Source: an uncultured Bacillales bacterium
GTDB lineage: Bacteria > Bacillota_I > Bacilli_A > RFN20 > CAG-449
Length of the DNA: 64,000 bases
Assembly: GCA_946641515.1 (NCBI GenBank)
Contig: CAMPBT010000001.1
Span: 168,512-232,511 of the forward strand
Direction of reading: 5' to 3'
Made by a program: the position numbers and the translations under genes
Notes under the pieces: generated by a model
Told to the model about the DNA's origin: nothing
Database searches by the model: none
The model's input: the letters and a program-made list of their open reading frames with translations, nothing else
In this document: piece after piece, positions 9,637 to 19,900 of the stretch
How positions within the stretch are numbered: the first letter of the stretch is position 1
How the letters are laid out: the number at the start of each line of letters is the position of its first letter

Positions 9637-10647
9637 TTATTTAATTAATGAGTTCTTACATTCGCCTGTTGCTAAGAATTCATCAATGTTCTTTAATGAT
9701 ACTTCAACCATATCAATTAAAGCGCCTTCTGTAGCAGATGCTACATGAGGAGTAATGATTGTTGAAGGGTAGAGTTTAACCATATCGCGAACGATTGGAT
9801 CTGGGATTTCATCAATAGAATTAAATTTGTGATTGAAGACAGCTTTTTCTCCACGTAAAACGTCTGCTGCAAAGCCTTCGACTTTACCTGATTTAACTGC
9901 TTCTACCATTGCTTTAGCATCAACAAGTTCACCACGAGCAACGTTAACAAAGACAACTCCATCTTTCATTTTAGCAATTTCATTTGCGCCAATCATATTG
10001 TCGTTTTGTCCTGCAAAGTATGCTGCGTGACATACGATAACATCAGATTGAGCGAGTAATGTATCTAAATCGACATATTTTAAGATTTCTGAATCTTGGC
10101 CTGGGAATTTATCGTAGCCGATAACTTTTGCACCTAAGCCATGGAATAAACCACATGTAGTTCTTCCGATTCTTCCACATCCGATAACACCGACTGTACA
10201 TTGTCTAATTTCTTTAGAGAACATTTTATCAGAAACAGTGAAGTCTAATAATCTACCAGTTCTTTCTCCATCATATTGAGTATGTCTTAATAATGACATT
10301 GCTAAAGAAACAGCAAGTTCAGAAATAGCATTTGGTGAATAACCAGGAACGAAAGCTGTTTTAATGCCGAGTTCTTTTAAAACTGGAACATTAACATGAT
10401 CATAACCAGCAGTTCTTGTGACGTAATATTTTAAACCTTTTTCTGCTAGTCTCTTGTAGTTTTCTTTTGAGATAGCACAGTTACCTCTAACCATGACACC
10501 TTCAAATCCATCTGCAAGTTCAATGCAAGAATCACTTAAATATTCAGGACGTAAGACTAATTCATAATCATATTGTTTAGCGAGTTTTTCAAATGTAGGG
10601 ACTTCATAATCTCTTACACCGAAACAAACAATTTTCATTTTTGACAT
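9637..10647 (-). CDS. ldhA: D-isomer-specific 2-hydroxyacid dehydrogenase (D-lactate dehydrogenase-like)
   Basis: 336 aa with the NAD-binding motif GVIGCGRIGR and the catalytic R/E/H region (VARGELVD...TPHVASAT), similar across the full length to D-LDH/2-hydroxyacid dehydrogenases. Confidence 0.88.
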   Translation of the reverse strand: MSKMKIVCFGVRDYEVPTFEKLAKQYDYELVLRPEYLSDSCIELADGFEGVMVRGNCAISKENYKRLAEKGLKYYVTRTAGYDHVNVPVLKELGIKTAFVPGYSPNAISELAVSLAMSLLRHTQYDGERTGRLLDFTVSDKMFSKEIRQCTVGVIGCGRIGRTTCGLFHGLGAKVIGYDKFPGQDSEILKYVDLDTLLAQSDVIVCHAAYFAGQNDNMIGANEIAKMKDGVVFVNVARGELVDAKAMVEAVKSGKVEGFAADVLRGEKAVFNHKFNSIDEIPDPIVRDMVKLYPSTIITPHVASATEGALIDMVEVSLKNIDEFLATGECKNSLIK

Positions 10648-10670
10648 ATTAATTTAATTCCTTTCTATTA

Positions 10671-11861
10671 TTATGCTGCGAAGAATCCAGTTGCACCGAT
10701 AATAGTTAAGACGATAACCCAAAGGATTACGCCGACAACTGCACCAAGAGTACCAATTAATGAGATGTGTGATGCCATTTGTTTTTCTTGGTCATAAGCA
10801 ATACAGTAACCAACAGCAACTGTAGCAGGTGAGACCATCCATGTTAATACAGCAGAGTTGACTGTATTCATAGAAATGATTTTTGAAACACCAGCATCGT
10901 TGAGTGCCAAGCCTGCACCGTTAGAGATAGCTTGGATGATGAATAATAATGCTAAGACAATGAGTGGAGCAACGATGACTTTTAAGCCAGTCCAAATCCA
11001 TGCATATTTGTCTGTGATAGCTTCTTTGAAGTTTTGTGAACCTAATGTACAACCAATAGCAACTAAAATAATAGTTGATGATAAACCGCCAAGAGTATTA
11101 GCAGCTTGGTAAATCCAAGGTAATGTTACGTCAAATCTCCAGAAAGCAACATATTTAATTTGTTCTGCAGGGATATCTTTTGGATTTAACCAGTCTGTTC
11201 TAACTGTAGCTGATCCAGGAATTGCTTGGAGTAACCATAAGAATAAACCTGCAAATGTAGCAATAACAATTGGGTTTAAGAAAACTTTCTTTAAGATTGA
11301 TTTTAAATCTGTTTTAGTAGCAGTAGCACCATCTTCTCCAGATGTTTCTTGTAATGAAGCGATTGCGATGTATGCATATGAATATAAGAATACACGGTAA
11401 GCAATGTTCATAACGTTGAAGTTGTTACCTGCTTGTGAACCATAAATTGAAGTAATTAATGGGTATGCAAAGAATGTTGTTGAACCGAAAGCAAATAAGA
11501 CAGAAAGTACTGTTCTTCTTTTTTTATCTTTGACCCAAATGAAGATTAATTTACCAATGAAAATAAATGCGACATAAAGTACAAAGCCTAAGATTAAGTT
11601 AACGACTGTATCGATAGCGCCATCGATAGTGAAGTTTGACATGAATGCACAGAAAGCAAGACATGGTAAACAGATAGCCATAACAAATCTTGTTAAGATT
11701 TTTCCAGTATTTTCTGGAAGCCACTTTTTCTTAGTGAAGATAAAGCCTAAAAGAATGAAGATGATAGTTTTAGCAATGTTAGTCCAAAGTTTTGCATCTG
11801 GAGCAAGACCAAGAGCTAAAGCTTCACCAATATTAGACGATGCTAATAAGTTTATGTTCAT
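10671..11861 (-). CDS. AEC (auxin efflux carrier)-family permease, putative organic-acid (malate/lactate-type) transporter
   Basis: The track ORF extends to 11999. The real start is probably ATG at 11861 (MNINLLASS) behind AAGGAGG. It has about 10 TM helices with AEC-like N- and C-terminal halves. It sits 24 bp from the dehydrogenase gene and is co-oriented with it. Confidence 0.6.
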   Translation of the reverse strand: MNINLLASSNIGEALALGLAPDAKLWTNIAKTIIFILLGFIFTKKKWLPENTGKILTRFVMAICLPCLAFCAFMSNFTIDGAIDTVVNLILGFVLYVAFIFIGKLIFIWVKDKKRRTVLSVLFAFGSTTFFAYPLITSIYGSQAGNNFNVMNIAYRVFLYSYAYIAIASLQETSGEDGATATKTDLKSILKKVFLNPIVIATFAGLFLWLLQAIPGSATVRTDWLNPKDIPAEQIKYVAFWRFDVTLPWIYQAANTLGGLSSTIILVAIGCTLGSQNFKEAITDKYAWIWTGLKVIVAPLIVLALLFIIQAISNGAGLALNDAGVSKIISMNTVNSAVLTWMVSPATVAVGYCIAYDQEKQMASHISLIGTLGAVVGVILWVIVLTIIGATGFFAA

Positions 11862-12107
11862 ATTAATGAACCTCCTTTTCGATACAATTATAAAATATTT
11901 GTTTAATATTTGCTCATAAATAAGTAAAAAAATAGCAATAGTATCATAGATTATGCGAATGTAAACGGTTTTTTGATACGTATTTTCTAAAAGTGTCACA
12001 ATAAACTTTTAAATGAATATTAATGAAGTTTGATTGTTTTTGTTTATTTTACATTTGTTAATATTTATTTTTTTTGATAAAAAAGAAAAAAGTTACCTAT
12101 TTGGTAA

Positions 12108-12782
12108 CTATTCATCTTCTTCAATTTCTTCAACTTCTTCGACTTCCTCAACAACATCTTTAGGAGTAGATGCTTGAGTAATTATAGATGAAGAAGGAAC
12201 AATGGAATAACATTGTAAGATTACGAAAATTGCATATAGCATTAGGACAATTCCAAATATAATGAGTTGAACCTCTTCGTCTAAATAATATAAGGATAAG
12301 AAGCCAAGCGTTAAAGCTATAACTGATACTGCTACTTCACTAATGACTGTATATAGAGCAGGTTTATTTCTTTTAATTCTATATCCATAGACATAATTAA
12401 ATGCTGAATCAAATAATAAGATTAAACCTTCAACGATAACAAAGTAAGGGAGGTAATCAACGAATGATAAAATTAAAGAACCAGCATTCTTGTCTGCAAC
12501 AATAAAGATACCAGCACCTAATGCGGCCCCTGCACCGATTGTAGCCCCTGCAAAACTTTGTTCGTTAGTAGTAATGAATGAGTTTAATAAAGAAGCAAGT
12601 ATAACAAAAGATGAGACTAAAATAATCGGTACTCCTACGAATAATAATAAAGCATTAACTGTATAGATAGTTTCGCTTGTATCAATTACTAATATAATCC
12701 CAGAGAAAAAGCAAATTAATCCTATTAAAAATAATATAGTAGCGGTAATAAATCTTGAGAAATGTTGTCTTATAACTTGCAT
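12108..12782 (-). CDS. Hypothetical membrane protein (6 TM, GxxxG-rich, HdeD/DUF308-like) with an acidic C-terminal EEVEEVEEIEEDE tail
   Basis: Hydrophobicity pattern plus the low-complexity acidic tail. There is no enzymatic motif. Confidence 0.5.
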   Translation of the reverse strand: MQVIRQHFSRFITATILFLIGLICFFSGIILVIDTSETIYTVNALLLFVGVPIILVSSFVILASLLNSFITTNEQSFAGATIGAGAALGAGIFIVADKNAGSLILSFVDYLPYFVIVEGLILLFDSAFNYVYGYRIKRNKPALYTVISEVAVSVIALTLGFLSLYYLDEEVQLIIFGIVLMLYAIFVILQCYSIVPSSSIITQASTPKDVVEEVEEVEEIEEDE

Positions 12783-12928
12783 AATGTTCTTCTTTCTATT
12801 AATTATTATAAAACCTTAAATAAAAAAACCAACCGATTTAGGCAATAATATATAAATAAGGATTATAATAAATACAGTTTACATATTGAAAAGTTGGACA
12901 TTTTACAATAAAATGTTAAGTGTAATAT

Positions 12929-13771
12929 ATGGTTAGTTTAGAAATAATTTTATTAATATTAAGCTTATGTGGGGCGTCAGGTATTACTTACCTTATTTGT
13001 GCCTATACAAAATGGTATTTTTTCTGGATAGGATTATTCTTAATTCCAGCGCTTTATGTAGTTCTTTATATACTAACTTTAATTATCTTAATTATTTGGG
13101 GAAGCATTCTTAAAATTGGGAATAAGAAGGGTATTGATAAACCTCATCCTTTCTATGCATCAATTATTAGAAATGTTTCTTCTACTACTATTCATTTATT
13201 AAATACTAGAGTTAAAGTTAATGGACTAGAGAAATTACCTGAGAGTAGAAAATTTATTTTAATTAATAATCACATTTCTAATTTTGACCAGATGGCACTT
13301 TTAGATATTTTACCTAAAAAATATCGTCCAATTATCTTTATATCTAAACCTCAAAATATGAAATTGCCAATTGCAGGACCTTTCGTTGAAAGGGCAGGAT
13401 ATATTCCAATTAATAGGGAAAACCCTAAAAAAGGATTGGAAGCAATTAATAAAGCGGTTGATTTTATAAATCGATATGATGTACCTATTGGTATTTCTCC
13501 AGAAGGAACTAGAAATAAGACGAAAGAAATTATGCTTCCTTTCCATCCTGGTTCATTCAAAATAGCCTATAAAGCGAATTGCCCAGTAGTTGTTTGTTCT
13601 ATAAAAAATACGAATTTAGTACATAAAAATACACCATTTAAACATACAACAATTTACGTAAATATTCTTGATGTTATTTATCCAAAGCAATTTGAGAATA
13701 TGAATACTGTAGAATTATCTGAAATATGTAGAAATAAAATAATTGAAGATTTAGTAAGAAAGGAGAATTAA
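12929..13771 (+). CDS. plsC: 1-acyl-sn-glycerol-3-phosphate acyltransferase (PlsC family)
   Basis: HX4D motif NHISNFD, FISKPQ and PEGTRNKT blocks, with an N-terminal TM anchor. Confidence 0.85.
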   Translation: MVSLEIILLILSLCGASGITYLICAYTKWYFFWIGLFLIPALYVVLYILTLIILIIWGSILKIGNKKGIDKPHPFYASIIRNVSSTTIHLLNTRVKVNGLEKLPESRKFILINNHISNFDQMALLDILPKKYRPIIFISKPQNMKLPIAGPFVERAGYIPINRENPKKGLEAINKAVDFINRYDVPIGISPEGTRNKTKEIMLPFHPGSFKIAYKANCPVVVCSIKNTNLVHKNTPFKHTTIYVNILDVIYPKQFENMNTVELSEICRNKIIEDLVRKEN

Positions 13772-13773
13772 TT

Positions 13774-14628
13774 ATGAATTATTTACTATATAACCGCCTT
13801 GCAAATGGAGGAAAAGGTGAAGAAGAAGCAAAAATTGCTCTTGAATTCCTCAACACAAAAATTGGAGATATTAAAGAAATTAGTGTAGTTGATGTAGATG
13901 TTATTGATTTTTTAAATAACGCTAGTGAATCTGATTTATTAATCCTCCTTGGTGGTGACGGAACTCTTAATAATTTCGTTAATAGACTTGGTGATTTAAA
14001 ACTTGATATACCAGTATATTTATACCCTGCAGGAACTGGTAATGACTTCTTAAATGATGTTAAGAGCGCTCAAGATCCAAATACTCATTTAGTAAAATTA
14101 AATGATTACATTAATCATTTACCAAAAGTATTTGTAAACGGTAGAACATATCGTTTTGTTAATGGTATTGGTTTTGGTATTGATGGAGATTGTTGTGTTG
14201 TTGCAGAAAACAAAAAAGCTGCTGGAGAAACATCTATTGATTACGGAAAAATTACTGTCGATTTATTATTACATTCATATCTTCCTAGAGTTGCAAAAGT
14301 CAAAGTTGATGGAGTTGAATTTAATATCAAAAAAGCATATTTAGCTTCTGCAATGAATGGAAAATATTATGGAGGCGGTATGATGATTGCTCCTTCTCAA
14401 GATAGAGCAAGTGGTTTACTTACTTTCGTTTCAATTCATGGTAGAGGAAAACTCGGTACATTATTAATGTTCCCAAAATTATTTAAAGGTACTCATGTTA
14501 AAGATAAGAAGCATTGCTTCATTAAACAAGGTAGAGAAATTGAAGTCACATTTGATAGACCATGTGGTTTACAAATTGATGGCGATGTTGTTAATGATGT
14601 AACAACATACAAAGCTTGGATTGCTTAA
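13774..14628 (+). CDS. dagK: Diacylglycerol/lipid kinase, DagK/YegS family
   Basis: DAGK catalytic motif LLGGDGTLNNFVN. It starts 3 bp after the plsC stop (operon). Confidence 0.85.
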   Translation: MNYLLYNRLANGGKGEEEAKIALEFLNTKIGDIKEISVVDVDVIDFLNNASESDLLILLGGDGTLNNFVNRLGDLKLDIPVYLYPAGTGNDFLNDVKSAQDPNTHLVKLNDYINHLPKVFVNGRTYRFVNGIGFGIDGDCCVVAENKKAAGETSIDYGKITVDLLLHSYLPRVAKVKVDGVEFNIKKAYLASAMNGKYYGGGMMIAPSQDRASGLLTFVSIHGRGKLGTLLMFPKLFKGTHVKDKKHCFIKQGREIEVTFDRPCGLQIDGDVVNDVTTYKAWIA

Positions 14629-14656
14629 TAAAAATGTTGTAAGTCAAAATAATGGC

Positions 14657-14938
14657 TTACAGCATTTTTTCAAATATTAATTGGATGATTTTAGCATAAC
14701 TTTTTTCATCTAATGATTTAAGTCTAGTATATAATTCTTTTAATGGATTAAACTTATTTGCGATTAAATAATCTACTGAAACATTAAAATAATTGGCAAT
14801 TTCAATAAGTTTATCAATGTTAGGTTCATTGAATCCATTTTCCCAGTTAGAAATTGTTTGTGCAGTAACTCCTAGTTTATCTGCAAGTTTTTGTAGTGTT
14901 AAATTCCTACTTTTTCTTAAAACGTATAAATTTTTCAT
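14657..14938 (-). CDS. XRE-family HTH transcriptional regulator
   Basis: 93 aa with the HTH_XRE motif LTLQKLADKLGVTAQTISNWENG. It is divergent from nfnAB. Confidence 0.8.
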   Translation of the reverse strand: MKNLYVLRKSRNLTLQKLADKLGVTAQTISNWENGFNEPNIDKLIEIANYFNVSVDYLIANKFNPLKELYTRLKSLDEKSYAKIIQLIFEKML

Positions 14939-15127
14939 AATTTATAGACTTGTTACCTCCGAGCCTAACTATTATCTATTTATTAGGAAATCTTTAAAGA
15001 TAAAAATATGCATCCGTTTTATAATAGCGCTTAACTGATAGAAATTTTGACCATTATAACAAATTATGTATCTTCCAACTGTAGACATTTAGTGTATAAT
15101 GTTAACAGATAGTCATTAATTTTATTA

Positions 15128-16012
15128 ATGAGAAGGGGGATAATATCCATGAATAAATATGAAATTGTTCATAAAAAGGTACTCAATCCTACAGTCACAA
15201 TGATGGATATCTATGATCCGTTAATTGCTAAAAAAGCATTACCAGGTCAATTCATTATTCTTCGTGTTAGTGAAGAAGGAGAGAGAATTCCTTTAACAGT
15301 TGCTGGAACAAATAAAGAAGAAGGCACTGTTAAAATCATTTTCCAAGTTGTTGGTGGAACAACAGAAAAACTCAATCACTTTAATGAAGGTGATTGTTTA
15401 CACGACTTTGTCGGTCCTTTAGGTAAAGCAACAAAGACTGATGGAGTTAAGAAAGTCTGTATTATTGGTGGTGGTGTTGGTTGTGCAATTGCTATGCCAG
15501 TAGCAGAAGAATTCCATAAATTAGGTGCAGAAGTTACATCTATCATCGGTTTTAGAAATAAAGACTTAGTTATTTTAGAAGATGAATTTAAATCATTCTC
15601 AGATCATTTCTATTTAACAACTGATGATGAATCATATGGAGAAAAAGGCCCTGTCACAGTACCTCTAAAGAGATTACTTGAAGCAGGAGAAAAATTTGAT
15701 GAAATCATTACTATTGGTCCATTAATTATGATGAAGTTTGTTGTTGCAACTGCTCGTCCTTATAATATTCCAGTCACAGTATCAATGAACCCAATTATGA
15801 TTGATGGTACAGGTATGTGTGGTGGGTGCCGTTTATCATTAGTAGACAAAGATGGTAAGAGAACTATGAAGTTTGCTTGTGTCGATGGCCCAGATTTCGA
15901 TGGCTATGAAGTTGACTTTGACGAAGCTATGGCAAGAAGTAGACAATACTTTGATTTTGAAAGACATGCACATGAAGAAGCATGTAACTTATTCAAAAAG
16001 GAGGCAAAGTAG
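15128..16012 (+). CDS. nfnA: NADH-dependent reduced ferredoxin:NADP+ oxidoreductase small subunit (NfnA / sulfide dehydrogenase beta / PyrK-like)
   Basis: FAD/NAD-binding PyrK-like fold with a C-terminal 2Fe-2S Cys cluster (GTGMCGGCRLSL...FACVDGPDF). It is paired with a GltD-like partner. Confidence 0.8.
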   Translation: MRRGIISMNKYEIVHKKVLNPTVTMMDIYDPLIAKKALPGQFIILRVSEEGERIPLTVAGTNKEEGTVKIIFQVVGGTTEKLNHFNEGDCLHDFVGPLGKATKTDGVKKVCIIGGGVGCAIAMPVAEEFHKLGAEVTSIIGFRNKDLVILEDEFKSFSDHFYLTTDDESYGEKGPVTVPLKRLLEAGEKFDEIITIGPLIMMKFVVATARPYNIPVTVSMNPIMIDGTGMCGGCRLSLVDKDGKRTMKFACVDGPDFDGYEVDFDEAMARSRQYFDFERHAHEEACNLFKKEAK

Positions 16013-16013
16013 T

Positions 16014-17417
16014 ATGGCAGTTAAATTAAATACTAATCCAAAGAAAAATCCAATGCCTACTCAAGAAGCAGACGTTCGCGCTACTAACTTTAAAGAAGTT
16101 ACATTAGGCTATACATTAGAAATTGCTCAAGATGAAGCATTAAGATGTATGCACTGCGTTAATAAACCATGTGTATCAGGTTGTCCTGTTCATATTAACA
16201 TTCCTGAATTCATTCAGCATGTTAAAGAAGGTACTCCTGAAGGTTTAGAAGAAGCATATAAAGTAATTAGTGAATCTTCATCTTTACCTGCAGTATGTGG
16301 TAGAGTTTGCCCTCAGGAAACTCAGTGTGAATCAAAATGTACATTACTTAGAATGAAGAAAGAACCAGTTGGTATTGGTAGACTTGAAAGATTTGTTGCA
16401 GATTATCATAACGCTAACGTAAAGACTAAAGTTGAAGTTCCTGCTTCAAACGGTCATAAAGTTGCAGTTATTGGTTCAGGACCTTCTGGTCTTACATGTG
16501 CTGGTGATCTTGCTAAAAAAGGATTTAAAGTTTCTATTTTTGAAGCTTTACATACAGCAGGTGGCGTCTTAGTTTATGGTATTCCTGAATTTAGACTTCC
16601 AAAATCAATTGTTCAAAAAGAAATTGATAACTTAAAAGCTCTTGGTGTTGATGTAGAAACTAATATTGTTATTGGTAAGACATTAACTATCGATGAATTA
16701 TTTGAAGATGGTTATGAAGCTATCTACATTGGTTCAGGTGCTGGTTTACCAAGATTTATGAATATTCCTGGTGAAGGATTAAAAGGTGTCTTTAGCGCTA
16801 ACGAATTCTTAACTAGAATTAACTTAATGAAAGCTTATACAGGTAAGACAGATACTCCAATTGAAAAAGGTAAGAAAGCAATTGTCGTTGGCGGCGGTAA
16901 CGTTGCTATGGACGCAGCAAGATGTGCTAGAAGACTTGGAGCAGAAGTTCATATCGTATATAGAAGAACTGAAGCAGAACTTCCTGCTAGAAAAGAAGAA
17001 GTTGAACACGCAATGGAAGAAGGAATCATCTTTGATTTCTTAACAAATCCAACTCAAATCCTTGGAGATGATAAAGGTAATGTTAATGGCATTGAAGTTA
17101 TCTCTATGGAACTTGGAGAAGCTGATGCTTCTGGTAGAAGAAGACCAGTTGAAGTAAAAGGCTCAGAACACGTAATTGATGCTGATGTAGTAATTATGGC
17201 TCTTGGTACTTCACCAAACCCATTAATCAAATCAACTACAGAAGGACTTGAAACAAATCCTCATGGCTGTATTATTGCAGATGAAAATGGTCAAACATCT
17301 TTAAAACACATCTATGCAGGTGGTGACGCAGTCACTGGTGCTGCTACTGTTATTCTTGCTATGGGTGCAGGTAAAAAAGCTGCTGCGGCTATTAGTAAAG
17401 ATTTACTTGGCGAATAA
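16014..17417 (+). CDS. nfnB: NfnB / GltD-like NADPH-dependent oxidoreductase large subunit
   Basis: The real start is ATG 16014 (MAVKLNTNPK) behind GGAGG. The track ORF start at 15873 overlaps nfnA. There are two 4Fe-4S Cys clusters (CMHCVNKPC, CGRVCPQETQCESKC) and two dinucleotide-binding GxGxxG motifs (VIGSGPSGL, VVGGGNVAMD). Confidence 0.85.
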   Translation: MAVKLNTNPKKNPMPTQEADVRATNFKEVTLGYTLEIAQDEALRCMHCVNKPCVSGCPVHINIPEFIQHVKEGTPEGLEEAYKVISESSSLPAVCGRVCPQETQCESKCTLLRMKKEPVGIGRLERFVADYHNANVKTKVEVPASNGHKVAVIGSGPSGLTCAGDLAKKGFKVSIFEALHTAGGVLVYGIPEFRLPKSIVQKEIDNLKALGVDVETNIVIGKTLTIDELFEDGYEAIYIGSGAGLPRFMNIPGEGLKGVFSANEFLTRINLMKAYTGKTDTPIEKGKKAIVVGGGNVAMDAARCARRLGAEVHIVYRRTEAELPARKEEVEHAMEEGIIFDFLTNPTQILGDDKGNVNGIEVISMELGEADASGRRRPVEVKGSEHVIDADVVIMALGTSPNPLIKSTTEGLETNPHGCIIADENGQTSLKHIYAGGDAVTGAATVILAMGAGKKAAAAISKDLLGE

Positions 17418-17487
17418 AATTGAGATAAAATAAGAGGTGATCAAAAGATCATCTCTTTATTTTTATAAAGAAGAAAGGAAAATATAT

Positions 17488-18048
17488 ATGAGAAAAGAAT
17501 TCGGAGTTAAAGCTATTTTATATCCTCAGCCTGTGTTAATCTTGGCAAGTTATGACAATGACGGAAATGTCTGGGCAATGAATGCAGCTTGGGGAGGTAT
17601 TTCTGAAGAAAATGAGATTTCAGTTTGTCTTACTCCTACACATAAAACTATTGTTAGTGCATTAAAACAGGGATGTTTAACTATTTCTCCTGGTACTGCT
17701 AAAGAAGTTGCTGCATGTGACTATGTAGGTATTGCAACAGGAAATAAAGATGCTGATAAAATGAAAAAGTCTGGTTGGCATTTTGAAAAAGCTCCTCACG
17801 TCAATGCTCCTATCATTAAAGAATTACCAATGACTATTGAATGTAAAATCAAAGAATTTAATACTGATACATGCATTATGAAATTAGAAATTGTTAATGT
17901 CTTAGTAGATGACAGTGTCTTAACAGATGGCAAAATTGATCTAGAAAAATTACAACCTATTGCTTTTGACGCAGCTAATAGAGCGTATGTTAAATTAACT
18001 GAAAAAGTAGGAGATGCTTGGAAATCTGGTCTTAAATTAATGAAATAA
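17488..18048 (+). CDS. Flavin reductase-like / FMN-binding split-barrel family protein
   Basis: The real start is ATG 17488 (MRKEFGVKAILYPQPV) behind AGAAAGGAAA. It shows the flavin reductase-like domain pattern. Confidence 0.65.
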   Translation: MRKEFGVKAILYPQPVLILASYDNDGNVWAMNAAWGGISEENEISVCLTPTHKTIVSALKQGCLTISPGTAKEVAACDYVGIATGNKDADKMKKSGWHFEKAPHVNAPIIKELPMTIECKIKEFNTDTCIMKLEIVNVLVDDSVLTDGKIDLEKLQPIAFDAANRAYVKLTEKVGDAWKSGLKLMK

Positions 18049-18072
18049 AATAATCTAACTAAAGGAGATAAA

Positions 18073-18999
18073 ATGAGAATTTTTAATAACATTACAGAAT
18101 TAATTGGAAAAACTCCACTTCTAGAAACTAAATCTATTGAAAAGAAATATAATTTAAAAGCAAAATTAATCGTTAAAATTGAAGGCTTAAATCCTGCTGG
18201 CTCTACAAAAGAAAGAGTCGCTTTACAAATGATTAATGATGCTGAAAATGAAGGCAAATTAGTTAAAGGTTCAACTATTATTGAACCTACTTCTGGAAAT
18301 ACTGGTATTGGTTTAACTATCGTCGGTGTACAAAGAGGTTACCGTGTCATTATTGTTATGCCTGATTCAATGTCTATTGAAAGAAGAAACTTAATTAAAG
18401 CATACGGTGCAGAACTTGTCTTAACAGAAGGCTCTAAAGGTATGAAAGGTGCTATTGAAAAAGCTGAAGAACTTGCTAAAGAAATTAAAAATTCTTTTAT
18501 TCCTGAACAGTTCAGTAATCTTTCAAATCCTAAAGCTCATTTTTTAACAACAGGCCCAGAAATCTGGGAAGATACAGATGGACAAGTTGATATTTTTGTA
18601 TCTAGTGTTGGAACTGGCGGAACTATTTCTGGTACAGGAGAATATTTAAAGAAGAAGAATCCTAATATTAAAGTAGTAGCAGTAGAACCTGCTTCTTCTC
18701 CTGTTTTATCTAAAGGAGTAGCAGGGCCTCATAAAATTCAAGGTATCGGCGCAGGATTTGTTCCTAAAGCTTTAAATACATCAATTTATGATGAAATTAT
18801 TACTATTACTAATGAAGATGCTTTTGCTTATGGTAAAGAATTAAGATTACTTGAAGGTGTTTCTGCAGGTATTTCTTCTGGTGCTGCTCTTAAAGCGGGT
18901 ATTGAAGTTGCTTCTAGAGAAGAAAATAAAGGCAAAACTGTTGTAGTCTTATTACCAGATAACGGGGATAGATATTTATCTACACCACTATTTGACTAA
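18073..18999 (+). CDS. cysK: Cysteine synthase A (O-acetylserine sulfhydrylase)
   Basis: PLP lysine motif NPAGSTKER and the glycine-rich loops TSGNTGIGL and GTGGTISG, with full-length similarity to CysK. Confidence 0.92.
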   Translation: MRIFNNITELIGKTPLLETKSIEKKYNLKAKLIVKIEGLNPAGSTKERVALQMINDAENEGKLVKGSTIIEPTSGNTGIGLTIVGVQRGYRVIIVMPDSMSIERRNLIKAYGAELVLTEGSKGMKGAIEKAEELAKEIKNSFIPEQFSNLSNPKAHFLTTGPEIWEDTDGQVDIFVSSVGTGGTISGTGEYLKKKNPNIKVVAVEPASSPVLSKGVAGPHKIQGIGAGFVPKALNTSIYDEIITITNEDAFAYGKELRLLEGVSAGISSGAALKAGIEVASREENKGKTVVVLLPDNGDRYLSTPLFD

Positions 19000-19008
19000 A
19001 TACATTCA

Positions 19009-19034
19009 AGGAGTTCGTGAAGAACTCTTTTTTT
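19009..19034 (+). terminator. Rho-independent terminator after cysK
   Basis: GAGTTC-GTGAA-GAACTC hairpin followed by TTTTTTT. Confidence 0.7.
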
Positions 19035-19206
19035 GATATTTATTTTAAATTATAGATATCAATTGATACTAAGAACTTTTAAACTTCTATATAACATTTG
19101 GTATAATGAAGTTGAATATAAAAATATATAATAATTAGTTAATGGAGGTGCACTAGATATGCACGTTACACCTTTATTCCAAGATTAATTTTAATGGAGA
19201 ACATAT

Positions 19207-19743
19207 ATGTATTTATGGTTAGCAATAGATGTAGATGATTATTATAAAGATTTGAAAAAGAAAGTGAGTCAGATTGAAAAATCATTATCTTTTCATTATG
19301 GAACTAATGGCCTTCCATATCATATTTCTTTAAAGATTTCTTGTAAGTTACCTGAAGGTCAAGAAGATTTAATCATTAAAGATGTTGAGTCATTTTATAA
19401 AACATTGAAACCATTTTATATAGATGTTAAAGGAATTGAAGTTGACAAAGGAATTCTTTGGATTAGATATTATGAAAATGACTATATTAAATATATAAGT
19501 CAAAGTCTTAATAAATTATTAAATGAGAAATATCATATTTCTTATCATGAATTAGATTTAAATTATAAATTTCATACGACTTTATATATGAATGAGAATG
19601 CTGAAATTTTAAATAAAGGTTATGAAAAACTTAAGGATGAAAAATTAAAAAATAGATTATATTTAAATAAATATTTAATAGGTTATTCTCCTGAAGGTTT
19701 ACCGGAAACTTATAAAGTATTAAAAAAAATTATATTTAAATAA
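19207..19743 (+). CDS. 2H phosphoesterase superfamily protein (LigT/2'-5' RNA ligase-like)
   Basis: Two H-x-T/S-x motifs at the expected spacing (HISL near residue 40, HTTL near residue 125) in a ~180-aa protein. Confidence 0.55.
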   Translation: MYLWLAIDVDDYYKDLKKKVSQIEKSLSFHYGTNGLPYHISLKISCKLPEGQEDLIIKDVESFYKTLKPFYIDVKGIEVDKGILWIRYYENDYIKYISQSLNKLLNEKYHISYHELDLNYKFHTTLYMNENAEILNKGYEKLKDEKLKNRLYLNKYLIGYSPEGLPETYKVLKKIIFK

Positions 19744-19900
19744 GTGATGAAGAAAATGGACCTATTTTTGGTCCATTTTTTGTAGAAAAGTAAGAAACTA
19801 TATTTTATAATATGTAACATAGACATATAGATGCGATTATAATATGCCAAAGAAATTGGATTTATTTTTTAATTACATTTTATATCGGGGAGGAATAATT

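Noticed and set aside
15873-16013. Upstream extension of nfnB overlapping nfnA by 140 bp
   Set aside because: The conserved N-terminus begins at MAVKLNT (ATG 16014) with a GGAGG SD. The extension is a read-through in another frame of nfnA.
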